From positions 1 through 44,218 of the forward strand of contig JBCCBI010000001.1 in NCBI GenBank assembly GCA_039034155.1: 44,218 nt of DNA, read 5' to 3'. This DNA is from Deinococcota bacterium. GTDB lineage: Bacteria > Deinococcota > Deinococci > Deinococcales > Trueperaceae. Of the stretch, positions 26,455 through 37,508 are shown piece after piece (position 1 is the stretch's first letter; each line of letters begins with the position of its first letter). The position numbers and the translations under genes were made by a program. A model generated the notes under the pieces. That model did no database searches and was not told where the DNA came from. It saw only the letters and a list, made by a program, of their open reading frames with translations.

Positions 26455-27711
26455 ATGATTGCAGAATTTATAAGCATAGGTACAGAACTTTTACTAGGTG
26501 AAATTGTAGATACCAACAGCGCTTGGGTCGCCAGCGACCTGGCTGAGCGCGGGGTAACAGTCTACAGATCCACACGTATTGGTGACAACTTAGGGCGCAT
26601 TCAAACTGTCCTTCGCGAAGCACTGTCACGGGCAGATGTTGTCATTACTTGTGGCGGATTAGGCCCAACTGATGACGACATGACCCGCGAAGCCATCGCC
26701 GCGCTAATGTCCGAAACGCCAGCAGTTGATGCTGAATTAGAAGCAACCTTGCGCGCACGCTTTGCTAAGTTTAGTCGCCACATGCCCGAGCAAAACCTCA
26801 AACAAGCCTGGTTAATCCCATCTGCAGAAAGTTTGCCTAACCCCAACGGCACAGCACCCGGGTGGTTTGTGCGTACAGTAGAGGATAAAGTCATTATCAC
26901 CTTGCCGGGGCCGCCGCGCGAGCTTAAAGCGATGTGGACAGGGCAAGCCGTACCGCGCCTCAAGCTCCCCAAGTCTGCGTTTTACATCAAAATCCTTAAA
27001 ACTACTAACATCGGCGAATCAACCGCTGCTGAAAAGCTTGGCACATGGACGCGCTCTGCTAACCCCAGCGTGGCGACCTATGCCAAGCGGGATGGCGTGC
27101 ACGTGCGCGTTGCTGCCAAGGCGGATACTGTAGACGCCGCCAAACACGCTGCAGAAACAGCCGAACAAGAAGTCAGAGAGGCACTACAAGGCTTTGTCTG
27201 GGGGGAAGATACCGACGAATTTGGTGAGGTTGTCACCCAGAAACTAGCTGCTAAAGGTAAGACACTCGCCAGCCTCGAGACTGTCAGTGGTGGCATGTTA
27301 GCAGATAGTTTAAGCACGCCCACTGCTGAAGCTGCATTTTTAGGTGGCATGGTGGCCCACAACTCGAAAAGTTTGCGGGCATTTGGCATAGCCGAGAAAT
27401 TCCTCACTATCCAACCAGAAGACAGTGCAGATTATGAAGCTTTAGCTGAGGCTATGGCAGAAGCTGCTGTGACACAATTTGGCGCAGATTATGGCCTGGC
27501 GATTTGTGGCCACTGGCAAGCTCGCAACCAAACTAGAGGGCAAGCTCAAGACGCTTCACCACAAGACAACATCGTGGCAGTAGGTAGTTTTGATGGGCAA
27601 ACACACATCAGCAGATCATTTAACTTACCTACCAGCGAACGCGACTGGTTGCGGGAGCGGGCAACCTACCGCGCTTTAGCACTTTTACTGTTCGAGGTTA
27701 TCAATGGTTAA
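26455..27711 (+). CDS. cinA: CinA-family competence/damage-inducible protein (MoCF-binding domain plus PncC-type NMN deamidase domain)
   Basis: The 418 aa ORF has the typical N-terminus MIAEFISIGTELLLGEIVDTNS, and GGLGPTDDD is present. It lies upstream of recA. Confidence 0.9.
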   Translation: MIAEFISIGTELLLGEIVDTNSAWVASDLAERGVTVYRSTRIGDNLGRIQTVLREALSRADVVITCGGLGPTDDDMTREAIAALMSETPAVDAELEATLRARFAKFSRHMPEQNLKQAWLIPSAESLPNPNGTAPGWFVRTVEDKVIITLPGPPRELKAMWTGQAVPRLKLPKSAFYIKILKTTNIGESTAAEKLGTWTRSANPSVATYAKRDGVHVRVAAKADTVDAAKHAAETAEQEVREALQGFVWGEDTDEFGEVVTQKLAAKGKTLASLETVSGGMLADSLSTPTAEAAFLGGMVAHNSKSLRAFGIAEKFLTIQPEDSADYEALAEAMAEAAVTQFGADYGLAICGHWQARNQTRGQAQDASPQDNIVAVGSFDGQTHISRSFNLPTSERDWLRERATYRALALLLFEVING

Positions 27712-28392
27712 GGATGAGGTAGATCGAGCTGTCAATTACACCATGTCCTCGTACTATTACCGACAAAGATGATCCTACTCATCCATTAGATGCCAACCTC
27801 AACAGAACGCTTTCAAAGTTTCAAAATCCTCCACCAGAACGGATATTTAAGGTCTAAATTTAGGTTGGCCAAAGCTGGAAATTAGACCGTCTGGCAGGGT
27901 ATAATAAGCGATTCGTAAAGACGCTGGCAGAGGTTTTTATCCTTCATTTAGGGGCATTCTAAGCCAGCCACCTACGTTAAACCTAAGCTGTGACTGCCAC
28001 GCTTTTTTGTCAGGATTTTAGGTTGAAAGGTCAATCATCCGGCGTACTAATTATCTAAAAATCTTGTGTCTATGATGCTCTTTATTAACTCATCTATGCC
28101 TTTGAAAGAAACTTCGAAAGAACCTTGTTGATTAACGCAATACCCGCACTGCCTCATGATTTTCGAGGTATCTATGTCACAGGTACTTGATACCTTAAAA
28201 AATAAGTGCTTTAATAGATGTCTGGTAATGTAGATGCTCAAAAGCATTTAGGCTAAGTCACCCTTAGCTAAATAAACATGAGGTGGGACAACGAATTTGA
28301 CAAGATGAGCTAACTATCAACACTTACGCCTTTGACATTTAAATACGTACACAAACTTAGTCACAACTTCATTCTGCTTTTGAGGAGGCACT

Positions 28393-29469
28393 ATGGCAAA
28401 AGCAACACTTGAAACACCCCCAGATATTCAACGCCAGAAAGCACTTGACAACACCCTTTTACAAATTGAAAAACAGTTCGGTAAAGGTGCTGTCATGCGC
28501 CTTGGCGAAGATAACTTTTCGTTTACTCAAGGGGTTATCCCAACCGGATCTATGTCCATTGACTTAGCACTGGGCATCGGCGGGGTCCCGCGCGGGCGTA
28601 TTATTGAGGTCTACGGGCCGGAGTCTGGCGGTAAAACAACCCTCACACTCCACATTATTTCAGAAGCCCAAAAACAAGGTGGCATTGCAGCCTTTGTGGA
28701 TGCAGAGCACGCCCTCGACCCACGTTACGCACAAGCGCTTGGGGTAGATACCGACAACTTACTAGTCTCTCAGCCAGATACTGGCGAGCAAGCTCTGGAA
28801 ATTACTGAGCTACTCGTGCGCTCTGGTGCAGTTGATGTGATTGTGGTGGACTCGGTAGCAGCCTTGGTACCCCGCGCCGAAATTGAAGGCGATATGGGTG
28901 ACACCCATGTAGGCCTGCAAGCACGGCTTATGAGCCAAGCGCTCCGCAAACTTGCTGGCGTGCTTTCAAAGAGCCGCACCACAGCTATTTTCATCAACCA
29001 AATCCGCGAGAAAATTGGCGTGTTATACGGTAACCCCGAAACCACACCAGGTGGGCGCGCACTTAAATTTTACAGCTCGGTTCGCATGGAAGTGCGCCGC
29101 AAAGGTGACGTCAAGTCCGGTGCCGACAAAGTAGGCAACCGTACACGTGTTAAAGTCACCAAAAACAAAGTGGCACCACCGTTTCGCGAAGCTGAGGTCG
29201 ACATTATGTTTGGCCGCGGCATCGACAAACTTGGCGACCTTATTAACATGGCCAGCGACCTCGACATCTTACAAAAATCCGGCTCGTTCTATAAATACAA
29301 AGGTGAGACCATCGGGCAAGGTAAAGAGCGCACCAGTCAGTATTTAACTGAGCACCCCGAGGTTATCGACGAGCTCACCAACGCCGTTGTTGCCAGCATT
29401 AAAGGAACGCCGCTAGATGAACTAGATGATGTTCCCACCGCAGATGCAGACATGCGTGATGATGAATGA
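28393..29469 (+). CDS. recA: Recombinase RecA
   Basis: Unmistakable RecA sequence is present ([10 protein letters not shown] Walker [21 protein letters not shown]). A GAGGAGG RBS precedes the start. Confidence 0.98.
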   Translation: MAKATLETPPDIQRQKALDNTLLQIEKQFGKGAVMRLGEDNFSFTQGVIPTGSMSIDLALGIGGVPRGRIIEVYGPESGGKTTLTLHIISEAQKQGGIAAFVDAEHALDPRYAQALGVDTDNLLVSQPDTGEQALEITELLVRSGAVDVIVVDSVAALVPRAEIEGDMGDTHVGLQARLMSQALRKLAGVLSKSRTTAIFINQIREKIGVLYGNPETTPGGRALKFYSSVRMEVRRKGDVKSGADKVGNRTRVKVTKNKVAPPFREAEVDIMFGRGIDKLGDLINMASDLDILQKSGSFYKYKGETIGQGKERTSQYLTEHPEVIDELTNAVVASIKGTPLDELDDVPTADADMRDDE

Positions 29470-31118
29470 ACGACGCGCTCTTACTCTTTGTCGGTTTACT
29501 CGCAGGACTAGCTGCTGGTGGATTAGGCGGGTTTTTATTACGCCAACAGCGTGACAAGCCCCTACTCGAACAAGCTGAACAAGATGCTAACAATATGCGC
29601 AAGCGGGCTGAGGAAGACGCTGACAGAACACTTGCCAGAGCCGAGCGTGAGCGTGAAGAGATCATTACCCGTGAAACGCGTAGGCTTGAAGACGATATTA
29701 CTAGAAACGCCAAAACGTTTGAAGATGAACTGAATAGAGCCAGAGGCAACCTCGAGCAAGACTTCGCTAGAATGCGCGAGGAGCTTAACCGTGACCGCCA
29801 AGAATTACGCCGCGACCGCGAAAAGCTTGACAACTTTGAGGAACGCCTCACTCGCCGGGGCGAGCAGCAGGACGCCCGCGCCCTCAAACTAGACGGTCAA
29901 GAAGAACACCTTGACCAACGTGCTGAGGAGTTGCGCGGCTTACAAGCAGAGCTAGATGACAAACATCAAGCTGCTGATGCCAAACTGTACGAGGTTGCCC
30001 AACTTAGCAAAGACCAAGCGACCGACATTATTTTTGAGCAGCTTAATCAAGCGCTCGAGCGGGAAAAAGCGGTACGCATCCGCGATGCTATTGAAAAAGC
30101 AGATGCCGAAGCGAAGCGCAAGGCAACAGATATTATCTCGCAAGCCATTCAGCGTAACGCCAGCGAAATTTCTGCCTCGGTCAGTGTCTCAGTAGTACCC
30201 ATTCCAAGCGACAACATGAAAGGGCGCATCATTGGGCGCGAAGGGCGCAATATTCGTGCGTTTGAAGCACTTACTGGCGTTGACCTTATTATTGATGACA
30301 CGCCAGAAGCAGTGCTGCTTTCGTCGTTTAATCCCATTCGCCGCGAAGTGGCTCAAATTGCGCTTAGCGAACTGGTTCGTGACGGGCGCATTCACCCTAG
30401 CCGCATCGAAGAAATGGTGCAAAAAGCCCAGCAGGATATGCAAGCCTATATTCGTGAAAAAGGCGAAGAAGCTGCGCTCGAGGCCAACGTGGTGGGCCTC
30501 AAACCGGGCTTATTACAACTGCTTGGACGCATGCATTTCCGTACCTCGTTTGGTCAAAACGTCCTCAAGCACTCGGTGCAAGTGGCCCACTTAACAGGGA
30601 TTATTGCGGCTGAACTTGGCTTAGATGCCACTATGGCCCGCCGGGCCGGCCTCTTGCACGACATTGGTAAATCTATCGACCGCGAAATTGAAGGCACCCA
30701 CACCGAAATTGGAGCCACGCTTGCGCGGCGCTTTGGCGAACCAGACGATGTCATTGACGCCATCGCCAATCACCACGACCTCGACCTAGCTGAAACGCTT
30801 TTCCCAGTCATTGTGTCTGCCGCAGATGCTATTAGCGCCGCCCGACCCGGTGCGCGCCGTGAGAGTCTAGAAACCTACATTAAACGCCTCAAAGAATTAG
30901 AGACGATTGCCCAGAGCTTCCCCGGCGTTGAAAAATCCTATGCGATTCAAGCTGGGCGCGAATTGCGGGTGATTGTTGAACCACAAAATGTGAATGACGC
31001 GTCAGCTGTGCTGCTTGCGAGGGATGTTGCCAACCGGATTGAGCAGGATATGGAGTACCCTGGGCAGGTTCAGGTGACGGTTGTGCGGGAGTCGAGAGCG
31101 GTGGAGTACGCACGCTAA
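29466..31118 (+). CDS. rny: Ribonuclease Y
   Basis: The ORF has an N-terminal membrane anchor, a charged coiled coil, a KH domain ([15 protein letters not shown]) and an HD domain (LLHDIGK). Its start overlaps the recA stop (ATGA). Confidence 0.95.
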   Translation: MNDALLLFVGLLAGLAAGGLGGFLLRQQRDKPLLEQAEQDANNMRKRAEEDADRTLARAEREREEIITRETRRLEDDITRNAKTFEDELNRARGNLEQDFARMREELNRDRQELRRDREKLDNFEERLTRRGEQQDARALKLDGQEEHLDQRAEELRGLQAELDDKHQAADAKLYEVAQLSKDQATDIIFEQLNQALEREKAVRIRDAIEKADAEAKRKATDIISQAIQRNASEISASVSVSVVPIPSDNMKGRIIGREGRNIRAFEALTGVDLIIDDTPEAVLLSSFNPIRREVAQIALSELVRDGRIHPSRIEEMVQKAQQDMQAYIREKGEEAALEANVVGLKPGLLQLLGRMHFRTSFGQNVLKHSVQVAHLTGIIAAELGLDATMARRAGLLHDIGKSIDREIEGTHTEIGATLARRFGEPDDVIDAIANHHDLDLAETLFPVIVSAADAISAARPGARRESLETYIKRLKELETIAQSFPGVEKSYAIQAGRELRVIVEPQNVNDASAVLLARDVANRIEQDMEYPGQVQVTVVRESRAVEYAR

Positions 31119-31152
31119 GTTTAGTAACCCAACTCTAAACAGCCACTCTTTC

Positions 31153-31183
31153 AGAGGTGTCCGTGAGGATGCCTCTTTTTATT
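31153..31183 (+). terminator. Intrinsic terminator of rny
   Basis: The 10 bp stem AGAGGTGTCC / GGATGCCTCT includes 2 G-T wobbles. The loop is GTGA and the stem is followed by TTTTTATT. Confidence 0.6.
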
Positions 31184-31251
31184 AGCTCAACAGATTATAA
31201 CGACTTCCACTCCAGACTCTCCGACATATCGAGCAGTCGAGGCTGGATGCG

Positions 31252-31455
31252 CTACGTGCTGCGAATGTCTTCAGCTTCCGGGAAATCAGCTGGCCAGCTT
31301 CCTACAAGTTGCTTAACGCTTTCGGACCATTCTGTGGCCAGCTTTTCTTCAATCAACTTAGCAATCCAACGACTTTGCGAAACGCCCGCTTCGCTAGCAG
31401 CTAATTTTGCCCTTTCAGCAAGCTCATCATCTAAGTGAAGGGTGATTTTATTCAC
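31252..31455 (-). CDS. Ribbon-helix-helix (CopG/VapB-like) antitoxin-type protein, no adjacent toxin gene
   Basis: The 67 aa ORF has an RHH-like N-terminus (KITLHLDDELAERAKLAASEAGVSQSRWIAKLIEE). No ORF lies in the 133 nt downstream. Confidence 0.55.
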   Translation of the reverse strand: MNKITLHLDDELAERAKLAASEAGVSQSRWIAKLIEEKLATEWSESVKQLVGSWPADFPEAEDIRST

Positions 31456-31500
31456 TAAGTCAATTATAGACTTAGCCTTAACGGAAATAGTTTTTCGACA

Positions 31501-32865
31501 TCAATCAGTATGTTTTTGCGCCTGATGAATCTGCACACCACACCGTAAAGACATGTAAGGAACATGTCCGGTAATCTTGTAACCATCTTCAAAACGCTTA
31601 AACTTGTAGACGTTAATAATGTTATCTCCAGGTCCTAATCCTCTTCGGTAGGCATAAATCACTTGGACACCACCACGCATTTTGCGACATTGCCAACTGT
31701 GACACTTGGTGAGATCAAATTCTGAAGACCATGCCACAGACATAGGCAAGGTGTATTTGTTCTTAGTACGCCAATAATGCCTGTATATCTCTTGGGCTTT
31801 ATTGATAGAATCTTTGAAGAGCTTGTGTGCACTAGTAGATTCGTCAGTACTATCTTTGTTGTCTTGATACCACTTATCAACTTCAAACCGAGCTTGCATG
31901 TATGTTTGCAGGAGCTCGAGCACCTCAGCAGCATCTTCTATAGGTGGTGCTGTCAGAGTAATCGTAAGCTCACCCAACGTAACGTAAACCTGCTTGTCAT
32001 CAACCTGAGCGACGTAAACGCCATCAACCCTAGCTAAAAATGATGCCAGCGTTGCATACTGCCAGCCGTCGTCAGCACTAGCCTGCACGGTTGGTGTGAT
32101 TATTTCGCTTACTTCTTTGAGTTGCCCGTAATCCCGTACGTTTTGCGCGTGAGTTGTTAGTGCATTTGGTATCTGATCGTCAGCCCACGCCCACGTGAAG
32201 ATATCTTCAACCAGTGTGCCAACAATTTGTAAGGGCGTCTGCACCCGCTTGTCAGCAAGCGTGATAGTTAACATCCCCGTGTCTAAATCAAGATCACACG
32301 CTTGTTCACGCCCTAGTTCCCACAGATTCTTATGTGTTTTCGTTCTACTTTTGGCGACGTCGAGGCAACGCTCGTAAAACTGAGGAACGCTTTCGCGGGT
32401 GTGGTCAAACGACATCGCGACCTTGCCAAAGGTCATGTACACGTAAAGCTCAGCATCTGCTACGTGACCACGGTACGCGCCCTGTGCACCAGCAAGCTGG
32501 CTAGCTAAAGCTGTGTACTGCCAAGCTTGGTCTTCATCAGCGGGTAGCTTGGGCTGAGTCAGTAAGGTAATGTCATGCTCAGCACCATAGTCATGCACCG
32601 TCTTTGCATGTTGGCTTAGAGCATCCGAAACAGACGCATTTGCCCACGCCCATTGAAAAATACCTTGGTGCAACGTACCAATAATCTGCACGGGCGCTTG
32701 TGCCACTCTGGCATTTGCAAACTCCAAACGCAACACACCAGCCTCCTGATCTAATGACCAGGAGGCTTCTTCACCGAGTCTCCACGTTTGGGCGTGGGTA
32801 GCAGTTTGTTGCTGGAGGGCTTCGTATGCTTGGATAAGTAGGTTGTCAATATCTAATGACATCAA
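31501..32865 (-). CDS. Hypothetical protein with an internal tandem duplication of a domain of about 140 aa plus a distinct C-terminal domain
   Basis: Residues about 8-155 and about 160-300 align with each other. The shared pattern is W.LG.E...LD...G.L...RVQ.P.QI.GTL...F.WAWA...AL..HA..V.DYG...WQY..LAS.LA..G.Y...V.D...YV. I cannot name a characterised homolog. Confidence 0.7.
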   Translation of the reverse strand: MMSLDIDNLLIQAYEALQQQTATHAQTWRLGEEASWSLDQEAGVLRLEFANARVAQAPVQIIGTLHQGIFQWAWANASVSDALSQHAKTVHDYGAEHDITLLTQPKLPADEDQAWQYTALASQLAGAQGAYRGHVADAELYVYMTFGKVAMSFDHTRESVPQFYERCLDVAKSRTKTHKNLWELGREQACDLDLDTGMLTITLADKRVQTPLQIVGTLVEDIFTWAWADDQIPNALTTHAQNVRDYGQLKEVSEIITPTVQASADDGWQYATLASFLARVDGVYVAQVDDKQVYVTLGELTITLTAPPIEDAAEVLELLQTYMQARFEVDKWYQDNKDSTDESTSAHKLFKDSINKAQEIYRHYWRTKNKYTLPMSVAWSSEFDLTKCHSWQCRKMRGGVQVIYAYRRGLGPGDNIINVYKFKRFEDGYKITGHVPYMSLRCGVQIHQAQKHTD

Positions 32866-32894
32866 TTTACAAGATAGAGCATTAATCTCTCACC

Positions 32895-33575
32895 TCAGGT
32901 GATCGGTGCCATACCCAACCTAACGATATACCGCTGCGCGCCCGACTTCTGATTGTATTTTTGAAGCAGCTTAAACATTTCCTGCTGCAAGTTTTTAGCA
33001 TCTTCAAAATCAAGGTAAACACTATCACGCCAAGCACTGAGCGCAGCAGGTCGGCTGTCATCTAACATGATGTGGTTGCTAGACGGACTAGTGGCGGTTT
33101 GTAATTGCAAGCGGCCAGCATCGTCTTTGTAAATGCGGGTTCCCCAAGTACCAATATCTTCCATGCGCGCTTGCACGACACCTCTACGCAGTAGCTGCGC
33201 CCAGTACAGGTCGCGCTCACGAATCATAGCTTCTAAGGTTTCAGCGCTGGTGGCTTCGTAGGGTACAAAAAAGACGTCCGCAGTTGCTTGATAGTGGTTG
33301 ATAGCGCGCCCACTGCGTTTTTCTTGATGGACTATGGTGACTAGACCTAGTTTTAAAAAGCGCTTCACTCGAGCAAGCATAGTATTGGCTTTGGCACCTG
33401 TTTCGTGAGCTGCTTGGCTGACGGTGCAAGGTTTGCCCAAAAAGGGCTCGAGCTGCCTCAACGTCTTCGGGTTAATGAGAATATCTGCTGCTTGCGAGTC
33501 AGTAATCACCTGCACCTTAGACAACTCTTGCGATGGTTGATTGGTTTGCATACAAAGATAGTAAGCGGCCTGCAA
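32895..33575 (-). CDS. Winged-helix (ArsR-like) transcriptional regulator with C-terminal extension
   Basis: A wHTH segment (CTVSQAAHETGAKANTMLARVKRFLKLGLV) is present. The start may be Met9 (33551). Confidence 0.6.
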   Translation of the reverse strand: MQAAYYLCMQTNQPSQELSKVQVITDSQAADILINPKTLRQLEPFLGKPCTVSQAAHETGAKANTMLARVKRFLKLGLVTIVHQEKRSGRAINHYQATADVFFVPYEATSAETLEAMIRERDLYWAQLLRRGVVQARMEDIGTWGTRIYKDDAGRLQLQTATSPSSNHIMLDDSRPAALSAWRDSVYLDFEDAKNLQQEMFKLLQKYNQKSGAQRYIVRLGMAPIT

Positions 33576-33979
33576 CGTATTAGCTAGGTGATTTTACTAC
33601 TTTCAAATCATCTAGCTTGGTCTCACAATGAAACTATGCTTCGAAAGAGGTCATAAGGATAGTAACTGACTCAACAACTTAGAACCTTTAAGACAACTTC
33701 TGGCTATCTATAGATATGAGTCGATGTAACAACGTTCAAAACGGCGTGACCCCCTATTTGAGACCTTGGACGTTTGCTATGATGAAACAAATTAGAAATT
33801 TGTGATTGGTTGGCGGATAAGCCGCACAATCTAGCGGCTGTCTAACGTCTAAGTACTTAATGCAAACCTTACGTCATATTCAAGACCCTAATGTTTAAGA
33901 CGCGACGTTTAATACATGGTGAAATGTGCACAAAAGCTCATCGCAAGCGCGTTAACATATACCTTATTAAGGAGATCTG

Positions 33980-36712
33980 ATGGCACAACACACGCAAAAA
34001 AACAGTTTTAACACCAAAGAAACACTCCCTGTAGGAGACCGTAACTACACCTATTATCGCCTTAGCAAACTCCAAGAAGATGGTGTTGGCAAAGTTGACC
34101 ACTTACCCTTTTCCATCAAGGTACTTTTAGAGTCTGTACTTCGGAATGAAAATGATTACGACGTCACCCAGAAAGATGTTCGTAATTTAGCCAACTACAA
34201 CCCTGCCGACCCTGCTGACCTAGAAATTCCCTTTAAGCCTGCCCGGGTTATCCTCCAAGATTTTACGGGTGTACCTGCCGTAGTGGATTTAGCAGCCTTA
34301 CGCAGTGCTATGCAGCGTATGGGCGGCGATCCTAAAAAAATCAACCCTCAAGTACCTGTAAATTTGGTCATTGACCACAGCGTGCAAGTTGACGAGTACG
34401 ATAGCCCTTTAGCACTTGTCAATAACGCGGCTATCGAGTTTGAGCGCAACCGCGAACGCTACGAGTTTTTGCGCTGGGGACAAAGTGCGTTTGATAATTT
34501 TGGAGTCGTGCCGCCCGCCAGTGGCATTGTGCACCAGGTGAACCTCGAGTACATCGCCAAAGGCGTACAGGTGAACGCTAACAATGAGGTCTATCCTGAC
34601 TCACTGGTTGGTACAGATTCGCACACCACCATGATTAACGGCCTCGGCGTGGTTGGTTGGGGTGTGGGCGGTATTGAAGCTGAGGCTGTCATGCTAGGTC
34701 AGCCTATCTACATGCTCATGCCTGAAGTCATTGGCTTTAAACTCACTGGCAAGCTTAAAGAGGGTGTTACCGCAACAGATTTAACCCTGCGCGTGACCGA
34801 AATGCTCCGCCAAAAAGGTGTGGTTGGTAAGTTCGTCGAATTTTACGGCGCGGGCCTTAGCAGCATGACCCTCCCTGACCGAGCAACCATTGCCAACATG
34901 GCCCCCGAGTACGGCGCAACTATGGGCTTTTTCCCAGTTGACGAAGAAACCCTGCGCTACTTAGAACAAACCGGCCGCTTACCAGATGAAGTCGCAGCTG
35001 TGGAAGCCTACTGTAAAGCCCAAGGCATGTTCCGCACCGACGACACGCCTGACCCAGAGTTCAAAGACACCTTAGAACTCAACCTTGCTGATGTTGAACC
35101 TGCCCTGGCTGGTCCTAAACGCCCACAAGACCGCATCAATTTGTCTGATATGAAGTCTGAGTGGCAGTCGTCACTCACGCGTCCAGTAGGCCCTTCAGGA
35201 CATGGTTTAGGCAAAGACAAGCTGGCTGCAACTGCCTCCAATAGCATTGAGCGGCACGGGGAAACACACGACTTCACCCTCAAGCACGGTGATGTTGTGT
35301 TAACTGCCATTACCAGTTGCACCAATACCTCTAACCCAAGTGTGTTGATTGCCGCTGGTATTGTGGCGAAAAAAGCAGTTGAGCATGGTATTAAGCAAAA
35401 ACCCTACACAAAAACTAGCTTGGCACCAGGTTCTAAAGTAGTCACAGAATATTTGACGGACACAGGCTTACTGCCTTACCTCGAGCAAATCGGCTTTGGC
35501 GTGGTGGGCTACGGTTGCACGACCTGCATCGGGAACTCCGGACCGCTCCCCGAACCTGTTGTTGAGGCTATTAACGAAGGTGACATTGTGGCAGCTAGCG
35601 TCACTTCAGGGAACCGCAATTTTGAGGGCCGCGTAAACCCACACACCCGCGCCAACTACTTAGCTAGCCCACCACTGGTTGTGGCTTACGCGTTAGCTGG
35701 CACCGTCAACATCAACTTTGAAACTGACCCAATTGCCCAAAATGCTGAAGGTCAAGATGTATTCTTACGCGATATCTGGCCCACCACCGGAGAAATTGCC
35801 CAGCACATGAGTGCTGCCATGAAGCCTGAGGTTTTCGAGAAGATTTATAACGGGATTGAGGCTTCTAATGATAAGTGGAACGAAATCCCTATTCGTGGCG
35901 GCGAACTTTACGACTGGAACCCTGACTCGACCTACATTCAAGAACCGCCATTTTTTGTGGACATGAGCGAGAAACCTGAGCCTATTCAGGCGGTTCATAA
36001 TGCTCGAGTCCTGGTTAAAGTTGGCGACAGCATCACCACCGATCACATTAGTCCAGCGGGTAACATTGCTGCAGATACACCTGCGGCTAAGTACCTTGGT
36101 GATAACGGCGTTGTACGCAAAGACTTCAACAGCTACGGTTCACGGCGCGGCAACGACCGCGTGATGACGCGCGGAACGTTCGCTAATATCCGCCTGCGTA
36201 ACCAGCTTGCACCCGGTACAGAGGGCGGCTTCACGACAGACTTTACCGACGGCAATGTGAAGAGCATCTATGATGCCTCGCTAAACTACAAAGACGCAGG
36301 CATTCCTACCATCATCCTGTCGGGTAAAGATTACGGGATGGGCAGTAGCCGCGATTGGGCAGCTAAAGGCACGCTCCTGCTGGGTGTTAAAGCTGTCATT
36401 GCTGAAGCCTACGAGCGCATTCACCGCAGTAACTTAATTGGGATGGGCGTGCTACCGCTCCAGTACAAAGCTGGCGAAAATGCCGAAAGCCTCGAGCTAG
36501 ATGGTACGGAAACGTTCAACATTCACGTTGATGACAACCTCAAAGCGGGGGATGATGTCACTGTGGATGTAACTAGAGCTGATGGCTCGAGCTTCAGCTT
36601 CACCACCATCTGCCGCATCGACACACCTGTAGAGATTGACTACTACCGCAACGGCGGCATTTTGCACACCGTTTTGCGTAACATCGCGCAAAGCGAGACA
36701 GCTCAAGCTTAA
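33980..36712 (+). CDS. acnA: Aconitate hydratase A
   Basis: The 910 aa ORF has canonical AcnA/IRP-type sequence, with Fe-S cysteines in [10 protein letters not shown] and [10 protein letters not shown]. An AAGGAG RBS precedes the start. Confidence 0.97.
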   Translation: MAQHTQKNSFNTKETLPVGDRNYTYYRLSKLQEDGVGKVDHLPFSIKVLLESVLRNENDYDVTQKDVRNLANYNPADPADLEIPFKPARVILQDFTGVPAVVDLAALRSAMQRMGGDPKKINPQVPVNLVIDHSVQVDEYDSPLALVNNAAIEFERNRERYEFLRWGQSAFDNFGVVPPASGIVHQVNLEYIAKGVQVNANNEVYPDSLVGTDSHTTMINGLGVVGWGVGGIEAEAVMLGQPIYMLMPEVIGFKLTGKLKEGVTATDLTLRVTEMLRQKGVVGKFVEFYGAGLSSMTLPDRATIANMAPEYGATMGFFPVDEETLRYLEQTGRLPDEVAAVEAYCKAQGMFRTDDTPDPEFKDTLELNLADVEPALAGPKRPQDRINLSDMKSEWQSSLTRPVGPSGHGLGKDKLAATASNSIERHGETHDFTLKHGDVVLTAITSCTNTSNPSVLIAAGIVAKKAVEHGIKQKPYTKTSLAPGSKVVTEYLTDTGLLPYLEQIGFGVVGYGCTTCIGNSGPLPEPVVEAINEGDIVAASVTSGNRNFEGRVNPHTRANYLASPPLVVAYALAGTVNINFETDPIAQNAEGQDVFLRDIWPTTGEIAQHMSAAMKPEVFEKIYNGIEASNDKWNEIPIRGGELYDWNPDSTYIQEPPFFVDMSEKPEPIQAVHNARVLVKVGDSITTDHISPAGNIAADTPAAKYLGDNGVVRKDFNSYGSRRGNDRVMTRGTFANIRLRNQLAPGTEGGFTTDFTDGNVKSIYDASLNYKDAGIPTIILSGKDYGMGSSRDWAAKGTLLLGVKAVIAEAYERIHRSNLIGMGVLPLQYKAGENAESLELDGTETFNIHVDDNLKAGDDVTVDVTRADGSSFSFTTICRIDTPVEIDYYRNGGILHTVLRNIAQSETAQA

Positions 36713-36741
36713 GTTTCTGAATAAGGTTTACAAAATGAATC

Positions 36742-36785
36742 AACCGACGCGCCTAGCAAAAGCTGAGCGCGTCGGTTTTTGTTTG
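36742..36785 (+). terminator. Intrinsic terminator of acnA
   Basis: There is a perfect 11 bp stem, AACCGACGCGC (36742-36752) / GCGCGTCGGTT (36767-36777), followed by a T-run. Confidence 0.85.
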
Positions 36786-36800
36786 TGATGTCGCGTGATA

Positions 36801-37463
36801 CTAAAGCCAGTCTGGACAGTTTGGGTTTAGTCTAATTAAATGCGTGTAAAATTCGCTATTCTTGGCTATCTGAGCAAGGATGTAATCTGGAGTTGTGTGA
36901 TTAACAGCAAGTGCTCGCAAGATAAATTCGTCTTCAGATGTTGCTATATCGTAAAGGCGCGAAAGCGCTGTATCATCGGTCCAGTCTGTACAACCAGCTT
37001 CATAAATGTCTTTGTAATTGGGAAGCAACTCAAAAACTGGGCGCTCCCGTTCAACATCTTCACCAGAGGAAGTATAAACAACTCGTTTTTCATAATTACC
37101 CTTGAACTTGCCAATCATTAGTAGACTCCCAGTTTGTATGTCTAGTGAGAACGTTCCAAAACCGGGAATGTCATGTTGTACATGCCATATATGACTTTGA
37201 CAACCAGCATAAAAGTGTTGGGGTAGAGAGACCTCCGTGAAAGTATCGTCCCAAGCAAGTTGAATATGGATAGAAACACTTGTATCCCAAGAAGAGTCTG
37301 TTGCATAGACAAAGACTAGGTGTCTAGCTTTTTTCTCTTTTAGATGGGCTAATGCCTCCTCACGTTTTTCTCGAACCTCTTGTTTCCAATCCTTTTTCTC
37401 TTTTAGACAGGCTAACGCCTTTTCACGCTTTTCTCTAACTTCTCGCTTCCAATCCTTTTCCAT
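36801..37463 (-). CDS. Hypothetical protein with N-terminal duplicated charged 21-aa repeat and a C-terminal LA.N..TP...L..IA segment
   Basis: The 220 aa ORF has no recognisable catalytic motif. It is AT-richer than its neighbours and contains no CTCGAG. Confidence 0.55.
   Translation of the reverse strand: MEKDWKREVREKREKALACLKEKKDWKQEVREKREEALAHLKEKKARHLVFVYATDSSWDTSVSIHIQLAWDDTFTEVSLPQHFYAGCQSHIWHVQHDIPGFGTFSLDIQTGSLLMIGKFKGNYEKRVVYTSSGEDVERERPVFELLPNYKDIYEAGCTDWTDDTALSRLYDIATSEDEFILRALAVNHTTPDYILAQIAKNSEFYTHLIRLNPNCPDWL
37330..37455. repeat. 63-bp tandem duplication inside the coding sequence
   Basis: The units are 37330-37392 and 37393-37455. They encode KDWKQEVREKREEALAHLKEK and KDWKREVREKREKALACLKEK. 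Confidence 0.85.
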
Positions 37464-37508
37464 AGCTACCTACATCCTGCAAACTGCAACATGAGTATCA
37501 CATAAATC

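Noticed and set aside
28047-28247. 66 aa minus-strand ORF inside the cinA-recA spacer.
   Set aside because: It has an AT-rich, low-complexity sequence, no convincing SD and no recognisable motif. It is probably a chance ORF.
28261-28392. An SOS/LexA-type operator (CGAAC-N4-GTTCG or CTGT-N8-ACAG) or a Deinococcus RDRM-type palindrome upstream of recA.
   Set aside because: No GAAC...GTTC pair, CTGT...ACAG pair or TTAYGY-N5-RCRTAA palindrome is present in the 130 nt before the start. Only two TTGACA boxes are visible.
29399-29887. 162 aa ORF antisense to the 5' part of rny. Similar long antisense ORFs include 9912..10376, 26601..26972, 27078..27407 and 3510..3824.
   Set aside because: These are Arg/Ser/Cys-rich low-complexity translations lying opposite well-supported genes. 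This one mirrors the Glu/Arg/Lys-rich coiled coil of RNase Y. None has an RBS or a recognisable motif, so I treat them as shadow ORFs.
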